Shown: piece by piece, positions 50,201 to 60,236 of the stretch
How positions within the stretch are numbered: the first letter of the stretch is position 1
How the letters are laid out: each line of letters starts with the position of its first letter
NCBI GenBank assembly: GCA_036172245.1
Contig: JAYWIR010000002.1
Coordinates: forward strand, 1,302,001 to 1,366,000
DNA from: Raillietiella orientalis
Taxonomy: Eukaryota
Length of the DNA: 64,000 bases
Reading direction: 5' to 3'
Notes under the pieces: generated by a model
Database searches by the model: none
Told to the model about the DNA's origin: nothing
The model's input: only the letters and a program-made list of their open reading frames with translations
Position numbers and translations under genes: made by a program

Positions 50201-53200
50201 GGCACCTCCCTCTGTAGTGGTGATGTGGAGCCACTACGAAGGGAAAAGACATTTTTTACGTTTTATACGACTGCTTTTTTTTCTTTTTGTACATTTTTTT
50301 TTTCTTTGCAATAAACGCTCCGGAAGAACCGGGTGAAAACAAAGTGCATTTTCTTTTCCAGCTACGCTGCAAACAATGTACAAGTGTACACTGCCACCAT
50401 GCAAAGGCTGTCGCTCAACGGTGTACTGCATGCAAATGTAGAATGCGGAGACACGCTGGAACGACATGCATTACACTTGCGAGTGGCAAACACGGTGGCC
50501 ACGCGGACTGGTGAGCTCTGGGCTACCGCGATCAAACACAAGGGAACCACAAAACAGAACGCAGCGGCGTGCGTGAGCCGGAAATGCGCGCGACGGAAAA
50601 TGAACGGAGTGGCTGAGTGGTGGACGAAGTGCGAAACGGACTGCTGCTTCGGTAAAAAGAAAAATCTCTCCCTCACCCTCATCGCAGTTTGCATGCCGGA
50701 ACACAAGCGTGACCAGTCGTAAGACGAATGGACACGTGGCGTGCAAAAGCAACGGGCATCTTAAAACTCAGCGATTTAAAAAAAAAAAAAAAAGGCCGAA
50801 GACGGGGCAGCCAGCTCGTGAACGATGGAAGTTGCCCAGTTTGAAACTTGGCAGCCCTGTTGCTGACCGGGCATTTTTCCCCCTTTGCCGCTGCTAAAAC
50901 GGGAAGCCGGAAGAATGATTTCATCAACCGGAAGTTAGGTCGATGATGGAAGTTTCGAAGAACCGTTCCGCTCGCGTTGGCAGCCGCGTGACTGTGGTGC
51001 CCGTGAGCCGTGCCCAACCTTGCGGGTTCGAATCCCCACGTGGAGGATCGACTCCGAGAATGGGAAGGGAGTTGTTGTGGGTTTCGAGTCCCCCACCCCA
51101 TCCCCACGCAAGATGACGCTGGTCGGCCTGCTCGGGTGCGGCACTGGCGGGAGCTGGATGCCTCTTTCGACTGGCCGGGATTGGGAGCTGATGCTCTGGG
51201 GTCTTTCCCAGGAATCAAGGAGCCGTTCCCCTCCAGTTATGAAAATAGAGCCCTCTCCCCCCTCGGGGCTGCCTCTCCAGAGCGTGAAGAAGTGCGCTGC
51301 TCCCTTCGAGGAGGCGCCCTTCAGCGAAATTGGGAAGCATCCCTTAGGGGCTCACTTCGGAGAGGGAGGAAACGAGGATAGGTTCCCTCGCGGGTTCCCT
51401 CTGGAGAAGAAATTCCAGGAGTGGATACGCTCCTGGTTCCCTTTGGAAAAGAAACGAGGAACGTCCCCTTCCGAGGGACCCTTCCGGAGGGAATACAGAA
51501 GAGGTTCCCTTTGGGATTCCCTCCGGAGCGTAAGAGGAACTGGACCATTCCTCTGGACCCTCCCTGGATTCATAGGTTGCTTCCCTTCCAGGGTACTCCC
51601 TATAACTTGAAGAGTTACGTGCACCCTCGGGTGGCACGGGCAGTTTCGTGAGGTGCCCCCCCTTTCCTAAGAATGCGGGCGGCTCGAAGGCGAACGGCTC
51701 TTCAGCACTCCTTGAGAACCAAAAAAAAAGAAAAAAAGAACCCGAAAAAAAAAAAAGCTGGAAGGAAAGCAGCGAAAATAGAAGAACTCCAAAGGATGCC
51801 CATCATCCCAACCCCTAACGACCTCCCCATGAGATCGCCACCTGCCTTCGTAAAAAAATAAAATAAAAAAATAGTTCTGCTTCAGAAATCTCTGCGCTTG
51901 GGGTCCATGTTCCTCGAACGTATGGAGGAGGGATGTGCTGCCAAGATGGGGCCCCCGTCGCTTCTTGGGATGGACTTCTTCAGAGGAAACGCAGAAGACA
52001 CGAAACAAGCCCTCCGGCTCCGAAATGAGACACGGAAAAGCAACGAGAAAAAAGGGGTTTCCCACCCCTCTCCTGTTACTTTAAAAAAAAAAAAGGTGGC
52101 AGCAGCATCTCTCTGGAGAGAGAAAGTCCCGGTTACCCCGTGGAATCCGCTTCACGTTGCCCTTAGACGGACTGCAGCGTTCCTCTTGCAACGGCAAGCC
52201 GGGGTTCTTCGACGTTGCTCCGCTGCGGGCATTTCGTTCCCCCCCTCCGACACCAGTCCCCTCGCTCTCTCTTCATCGCGTCCCGCGCACAAGTTCCCTC
52301 CCCGTTGCCACTGGGAACATCCGTTGAATCTTTTGCTCCCTTCTCTCCTCCCTTTGGTACCTCCCATCTCCATCAGCGCTTTCCTACGATTTGCCTGATG
52401 CGGCACCCAGAGTAGATCAGAAAAAGAATGGAATGAACTAAAGAGAGATCTTTCTGGATTCCCGTGCAACGCTTATTCCAAATTCCTCCCGGTTCGTATA
52501 GGCAACGTTATTTTTTTGTCATCAGGCAGTGGAAGAGCTTCTCTTCTCTCCATCTACGATTTTTGTTTTGTTTTGTTTGTTTCTCTTCCCAGGTTCTGCA
52601 CCCCATCCATTCAGCCGGGTTGGCACGACACCCCGCTCCCCTCGTCCTCACCCTTTGGGACTGCTTAGAGCTCTTCGGCACAACGTTGCATCTCTGAGTG
52701 GCTGCCGCCGCCCACAAGCTCCAACGCAAGGCGATCATCCGCGTAGGATCTCAGGACTCGTCGCCGGGATTCTCTTGTCGGGAAGCATCGGCCCTTGGCA
52801 ACGCGCAATTGGTCTGTGCGGCGATTGGCAGCGCGGTTCCACTGCAAATCGGTCCAGAGATGCAATCCGTGATCGCTAGCACGGAAGACCGCAGCAGCCA
52901 CTTTTCCAGACACCCACTTTTTGGGTTACGGAGAGCCCTCCGAGCTCAAGATTTCCGCAGCGACCGCGAGATGCGTGAGAACGGTGGATCGATGGGGGAG
53001 ACACCTTACGGAAGCGCTTCTGCGGGAAGGCGCGACCTTCCTCGCCGACAGCGTAGCCTACTGAAAAGCGGACGCCGGAGGGGATTCGTTTGCCCCACTT
53101 CGTCCTTGCACCTACTTCTCACTGCCCCCTGGAAACTCCTCCCAACCCCCACCCCATAGCAATGGCGTTGCCGTCGAGAAAAACCAGTCCTTTCCCTCCG

Positions 53201-54849
53201 GAAGTGTTTGCGCCTCCCCAGTCCGAAGATCCGCCATTCGAAAACGCGTCGGAATCATCCGTGGTTCTCGTGGCAGCCACCTCGGACATCTCGCCGCTCC
53301 TCCCCCAACTTTCCCTCTGCTCGAAACTTCCCTGCAAAGTTTTCCACCTGGTCACGCCGGGGCGTTTATTAAAAATAAGCCAGTCAGGAACAAAAATTCC
53401 AACCTGAGACAGCAAGAAACAAAGGGAGGGTCCACTGGCACGCAGGTCCGGAAAACGGAAAATCCTGAACAGGAGAGGGACAAGGGGAGAACAAAAAAAA
53501 CAAAAACAAAGTGGATGGGAGGGACAGGGATCTCTGGTGTCGTTCCGTATTCACAGGGATAAAAAAAAAAAGGAAAGCACCAAGAAAATTACGGAAAGAG
53601 TGGGAACGATGATTAGGAAAAAAAACAAAGGGAGGGAGGGGATAAGGATCATGGGGTCCACTGTTCCAAACCGTTCATCGACCGGCGGTGGATGCCGAAG
53701 ATCTACTTCCCTGGAAAGTCGTCCACCCCACAGCGCACCGTAACCATGGGACCGCTCCGAACTCGGACGGCTTTCTCTCTCTCTCCCCCTCTCCCCCGCC
53801 CCTAATGAGGATTTCGCGTCTCGATTTGCTCTTCTTATTATGCTTCGAGTTCTAATCATGACCCTCCAGAGTTCTGATCCTAATTGGGTCCGGAAGCACC
53901 TCCTCCATTTTCGCTTTGGTGCGCGCCACCGTTCCGCTGCTCTTGGCGCCAAGACCGGTCCCGGAAACCTTAACAATTTCTCCTTGTCCTTCGTGATGAC
54001 TTCCCGCTGCCGCTGCCCCGCCATCTTATTTGCTCCTCCCGCTAGTCCCTACGCTGCCGACATTCCCAGTCCCCCTCTTTCCCCTCCCCTTTCCTAGCAG
54101 CGGAGCGTTCTTGAGGAAAGCGCCAGTGCTCGTGTGCATCGGAGGAATAACGAAAATCTTCCTGGACCGGGAAAACAGAGATTCCCGTAATTATCCAGGA
54201 GTTCTAGTCCGCGGCATCTGATGCGTGCAACCTGCCAAATTAAGCGTGGTGGAAGGCTCTTAGCGCTCATTTGCTCGGGGATTAAGAAGAGGCCTTCCGG
54301 TTCGAGATGGAGAGTTTCGGATCCCTGCTCCCGGGCCCATGGCCCTCCTACCAGCCAACTTTTCAAACGATGACTTTCTTCCTTGCTCCCTCCCCTACCC
54401 CTCTCCCAGCTTGGAAAGAGCTTTGATTCCGCTCGCGCTGATTCCTCTCGGTGTCCGCCATCTCGGCGGAATCTCGCGGAAACGCTTTCATCCTGGTTTG
54501 ACACCCGGTTATAAAAAATAAACATACAGGTCAGTGGCAGGATACTTGGTCCTGCCACGTTACAAATGTAACCATGGGAACCTGCCGAGTACCGGCATGC
54601 AGGCCGGCGAGGTTCGTCTCGGCAGCACAGGGGAAGGGCAGACAAACAAAAAAGAAAAATGAAACAAAAAAAAATGGTGAGGGTTTGAGAAGGGATCAGC
54701 GGATACTGGAGGACGTCCTCTGCATTCTTGTAAGGATGCCGACAATTTCCTGTTTCAACACTCTTGATTGGGTCGTCTTGACGCAATCCTCATTAAAGCA
54801 AGAAACAAACATAAGAACGACAAAGTAGATGGCATCCCTGTCGTCCTAA

Positions 54850-55747
54850 TCTCCTCTGAAGTTGCTCCATGCAACCACGATCCCGCGTAGGCGACACGGT
54901 GCTGCTAGGGATGTGGCCGGCGTGAGGAAGCACGTAGGAAGAGTACGTCGCGTAGGAAGACGTGCTTTACAACGTCTCTGGCGTTTCTGCCTGGGGTTCC
55001 AAGGGTCGCGGCAAAGAGTTCTCCAAGGGCCGGAAGACACCACAGTCCACTAGGAGGTGCGGGAGGGATTCCCACTCCCCGCACCTTGCACAGTTTGGCT
55101 CCACACACTCCGATGTTCAATGATGTCGGCGGGTGTTGCACGGTAGGCCTTAGTGCATCATCATTAATGCCGACCCCTGCCACTTCAAAGGAAGAGTGCG
55201 GGTGTTCATGAGCACCGGGGGGCCAATGCAGTTCTTCCTCCGGAATACCCAGTAGCATACCACAGCACAAAAGTCCACGAGGTCGAGCAATCGGGATCGC
55301 AGCGTCGGTGAGCTGGCCCGTCGTCCACTCGCTCAGTCCTTTTCTCCTTCCGGAGATTTCTACAGTAACCTCCCATCTAGCCGTAAGGCTGCAGGAATCG
55401 AAGGGAGGACAGCGTGGCGGCGAGGGAGGTTCTGCTTGCCCACGCACTCCTCACGGGATCCTCCAGGATCTCCTGGAGCGTGCAGCTGTTGCGCGCGTAC
55501 AGGAAACGTCTCACCTGTTCCGGATCCTCGCCCACGTGCGAACGGTTTCCTGCAACCAGGCACCACTGTTCGCGGTGTGGCAAGAGATCCATCCGTTTTT
55601 CCTGGCTAGAGTGGTCACCTGACGAAGGTGCAGTCCGCAGCCCTTTTTCGAGGAGCCAATGACGACTCAATCAGAAGGAAAAGGGAACTCCAAAACACGG
55701 AGTTTCGTGGTCATGTGAAAGATGTCCCCTTGAACCGGGGACATTTC
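54850..55747 (-). mobile_element. Degenerate L1/Tx1-clade non-LTR retrotransposon, 3' part of ORF2
   Basis: Minus-strand translation with stops and frameshifts: TRTLPLKWQGSALMMMH*GLPCNTRRHH*TSECVEPNCARCGEWESLPHLLVDC (CCHC at 55042-55092). This is the zf-RVT zinc-knuckle pattern of L1/Tx1 ORF2. Upstream, DIFHMTTKLRVL resembles the RT C-terminal KLxVLG motif. Boundaries are approximate. Confidence 0.7.
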
Positions 55748-56849
55748 ATGCAGTCCTTTTTCGAGGAGCCCTTCCTTAGCGGGACCTTTTAGTGAGGCCC
55801 CGCTAAGGAGGTGGACAGTTCCTCGATACTCCTTGAGAACCAAGAAAAAGGAAAACGAAGGGAGATGCCATAGGTGAAGCAACGCATCCGAATCAACCGC
55901 AGCTGCTCTTGGCCGTACTAAAAGAAAGGATGCTCGCCACTGGACATCTACAGAAGCTTCCTCCCAAATGCAATGAAGGGCAGTCAGAAACGAAGACGAG
56001 CATTCTGGAGGTCTAGAAGGGAATGCCACTCAAATAGGCCGAGCCCATCATAGGCGAAATGGCAAGGACCGGATCACGGCGCAGAATCAGCGGTTCGGAA
56101 CAACGAAAGGAATCGAAGGAGGACGCAACGGAACGAAGAGGATGGAGATAGTGGATGCCGACGAAAAGCTCGAATTGGCGTTGCCAGGCAGCAGCAGAGT
56201 GGAGAGACCATCGCTTATTCCCTGTATCCTGTGAAAAAGGAACTACAGTGTCATAAGGTAGCATTCGGGAGCGAGGGGACCGCCTCCAGGATGGAACGAG
56301 GCGAAAGGGTGAGTGACCTTGACAGCAGCGCGCCGGAGCAGAGGCTTGAGGTTTCCTCGAGAACGGGCTGCTTTTCTGGGAGCCAACAGAAGAGACGATG
56401 GCGAGAATCCTGCAGAGCCAGCGGTGTCACTGACGAAGTTCCTTCTCGTCCCTCTTCCTCTCGAAACCGGGAACGGTTTCCCGGTAACTGTGTGTCCTGA
56501 CAGCACGGATCACGTTCGCGGGACGAGCTCCCGAGGTTCACGTGATCGAGTGTGGAGCTTGGCGTCTTCACACCGGCTTCTTCACTCTCGCAACAACAGC
56601 GCTCCCGCCCAGCAACCGACTCAGAAGACGCCCAGTGAGTCCTCCCGTTTTCTCCTCCAGGAGACTTCACTGCTGTTGGAACAGCATTTTTTCCCCCTTA
56701 AGCAGTGACTCATCTTGTGGGATTCACCTCCGTAGCAGCAAGGGTGTCCAATTCTGCAGAGAAAAAAATTTTCGTCCCAAGTTCACTGACTGCTCCGAAT
56801 GACGTTATCCACCTGTTAATCCACCTGTCGCGTTATCCTGTCACCCATC

Positions 56850-57250
56850 CACAGATGCTTCCTAGAATGACTCTTCCCGTCTCCACGAAACTGCTCGCCG
56901 CGGTTTTCCGCGATGTCCGGCGCGAAACGCGGTCTACGGCCCTCTTCCTTTACCACAGGAAAACGTCGCAGGAAGACATCTTTCACGTGACCACGAAACT
57001 CCGTGTTTTGGCATTCCCTTTTCCTCCTGAGGACATTGGCACGCTCGAAATGTCCCTGGTTCAACTGCTGCCAGTTGAGGAATCGGCGAAGATCGAAGGA
57101 ACCGAAGACACGCGAAGCCGGCGGAGGGCCGTCCCCGGCTGCCAGTTCGTGGCCACCGGATCTCTGGAGCAGCACAAGCTCAGATGCGCCAAGGGCTCTA
57201 CCAGGACTTACGAGAGAGTTCCGAGCCAGCCGCGGCGTCTGCATCTGCGC
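56850..57250 (+). mobile_element. Degenerate L1/Tx1-type reverse-transcriptase C-terminal fragment in opposite orientation
   Basis: MTLPVST...RSTALFL...IFHVTTKLRVLAFPF...RRAV resembles the region after YADD through KSxxLFL / KLxVLGxxF of Tx1-like RT. It shares a ~55-bp segment with the minus-strand copy at 55671-55726. Confidence 0.55.
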
Positions 57251-60236
57251 CCGCTGAAGAATGCAGCGTCATCCATATCTGTCGATTCCTCCGCTGTGCC
57301 GCTTCCACACCGCGTGGAAGGAGATGGGCGCAGCTGATTGAAGCCACGTCTTGTCGTGTGTCGGCTGTGTTTGTTCTGTCCAGACTGCTGCCTCTGCGTT
57401 GCCATAAGGACGTCGCAAATCGCGCGATGAACGCGCATACACGAAGGAAAGGGGCCACCAGGCTGACGTGGAAAACCCGGATACATTCACCTCACAGATA
57501 CGGCAGTTCAGACCCTCCAGGATTCAGGAATTAGAGAGGCCAGAAAGATTTCTACTGTTTGCAGCCATTTATCTAGGGGAATGCCCGAATCCTCAGTGTA
57601 GCTCTAAAAGCTCCGAAAGTTGGCGCTTGCTGTCCACTTGGAAAATAAAAATAAAAAAAATGAGGGTGGGGAACTTCACAGAGTGGTAGTTTCCATGGAC
57701 ATCCTCGTCGATCGTTCGAACGAGTGTCATGTATCGCGATCCTTATTCGAGCAGAATTCTTGTCCACCCACGCCTTCGAGGACGAAATTCTAGAGCCGCG
57801 TCGAAGAACCCTTGGTGATCATGTGACCGGTTCTGGATTTGCAGGGGACTTCTGCGCCTACCCATCTCCCCACAAATACCCGCCTCGTTCGATCCGCGTT
57901 GCTTCCCCTTCAGAGCGAGTCTCCTTTCATGCTGCTTCCTCAAATTCCGAGTGTCTTCCAAGGTTTCCTCCCCTCCCTCCTTCCTCCCCAACTCGGATGG
58001 GCGGCAGCAGGGAATTTCCTCCGCTCAGCTCCTCTTCCAAGAGCGCGGCGACACTCCCCAACACTTTTGGCACGACCGTCATGACAAGGAGACGACTCCC
58101 GCGCCATCCTGCTCAGCTTCCGGATTTCAGAAAGACCTTCGCAGGGCATCCTCTAGACCCTCCGGAGGCCGACAAAAAACTCGAGTTTCGCGCCGAAGGG
58201 CTCTGACATCGAGCGGGCTCCCAAGAGGAACCGGAGGAAGGGCATCCGGCAGCACTTCCGACTCCCGACCACCACGAGCAACCTCCAGCCTCCCCGCTGC
58301 ACCCCGCAAGCGTTTCCAGGGAAAGCGCGACCAGACAGAAGCCAGCTTGCCCTTGGCGATCTTGTGTTCGTGGCGCTCGGCTGCTGCTCTAGGGGAGGGC
58401 GAGCAGAAAGGTCCGAGGAGCTCGGCGTGCACGCCAGCGGCATCATTTTCCTGAGCCAGCAGCTTCTTCGCCGCATCGCTCAGCAGGAGGAGGAAAGGTG
58501 CGCGCGTCCTGAAAACTGCGGCTACTCCCCCCCCTTCCAGCGCCGGGATCCCGCGCGCGTAGCTTTCCCCTAAATCCTCTCATCATCCTTGAGCTCGCGG
58601 CGATGATGACGGCGACGACGACGCTTGGCGAGATGACCCCTGCCGCAGGGCGCTTGCGGGAGAGGAGGTCCCCTGGAGAGAGCCACTTTGGAAAGCATTT
58701 TCAGAGAAAAGATCTTAAGGACAGACGGGAGCCAGAGTAAAAACTGGGGGCAGTGAGGGAGGGGAGAGGGGGACGTGCCGATGAAGATAAAGGGAACTTG
58801 GCGCCGCCGTCGGATCCGCTACGCTCCGAGGCGGGGCCTCAGACGCAGCACGGCCGGCTGGCCGAGTCGCCAGCTGCATTGCCATGGGACGGCCGCACAA
58901 GCACGTTCGGAAGTGCGCAAGGACAAGGAGGGAACGTGGAAAGGAGGAAAGGGGACAGGACAGGAGCCCTCCGCTCTTCTCAGGACCGGGTGGTGGCCTC
59001 AGACTCCTTGTGCTCGCATGCCACGTCCATCGCGAGGAACTTCAGACGTTGCGAGAACGTCGCTCGCCTCTTGCTGCAAGGACAAACAGAGGCGGACTAG
59101 CAGACAAGGACCCTCCTCCAATGGGTACTGCTACCTCTTCCGGAGGGAAGACGCCTCCGGGTAGCGAAAAGGGGGAAAAGGCGGTGGACGCCCTCATCCT
59201 GCCTCGTCTTCCTCCTGCTTCGATCGTTTCTCGTCGACCTCCGTTCCGGTCGTAGCAGCAGGGAGCGCGGAGGTTGCCTCGTGCGCGGTCTCCGGCGGAG
59301 CGGGGAGGAGGAGGCAGGAGCCGCGTGCACGCTCTTGTGGTCACGGTTGCTGCCAACATCGGCAGTGCTCCTCTCGAAGACTGGACTCCTGCTGGGGGTC
59401 CAGAGGCAGGGGGGACGAGCTATGGCGGCGGCAGAGAGTTCCTCTTGTAGAGGTGGCGAGCGAGCTCTCATCAGAACTCCTCCGATTGTCGGGGAGATCA
59501 CTCGCAGAAAAGGCTTGCCGCGGAAACCATGGTTACGGAAGGGAGGACGGCTCGAAAGGAAAAAAGAAACGGAAAAACAATAGAAAATTTTCAAGAGGAT
59601 TATCGACCGACTGCCGGCTTTTCTCCGTGGGAAGCCCGCGGAGCTGCCGTGAGCACGAGAGAACTTGGAACTACCGTCCTGGAAAGAGCACGGTCCGGAA
59701 GATGTTCCCGCGGGAGCAGAGCCCGTGAAGAGGCCGAAATTGAAAGGGAGGGCGCCCCTGGAGCTTCTCTCAGCGTCCCGTTCCTTTCGGGAAGATCCGC
59801 GGGCCATGAGCCTCCGGAACTGAGGTACAGGAAGACGCCCGGAGCGACACGCGTTCCCTGGCAACGGCGCGGAGGCTCGCGCGCCGTTGCCAGGAAAGAA
59901 CTCTCGCGCAACGAGGCTCCCGCTGCAGCCTGACGGCCGACAGGCTCGCTGGTCTCCGTGAGCCAACGCAACCTCTGCGAGCGCGCGTGGGATCCCCTGA
60001 AGGGAACGGGCGCCGCCGCCGCAAGCGGCGGTGCGATTGCAGTGCAAGCTGAAGGGTGCTTGCCCAACTCCTTCGCATCCTTTCTCCCTCCCTCCCTCCC
60101 TCATGACGCGCGAACTCCAGAACGACGAACCGGCCGTGCGTTGGATTCGGGGACATCTCACACTTCTTCGCTCCCCCTCCCCCCCTCTCGCTCTCCTGGC
60201 GCTCCCGAAAACTTGTTCCTTCTTTCAGATCCCAGA

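Noticed and set aside
50970-51105. tRNA gene suggested by GGTTCGAATCC (51025-51035) and a second B-box-like word
   Set aside because: No acceptor stem, D-arm or anticodon arm can be folded. At most a decayed tRNA-derived SINE head.
59958-60236. N-terminal 93 codons of the 812-aa track ORF
   Set aside because: GTG start, low-complexity Pro/Ser sequence without codon bias, and a splice acceptor just before the first ATG at 60237.
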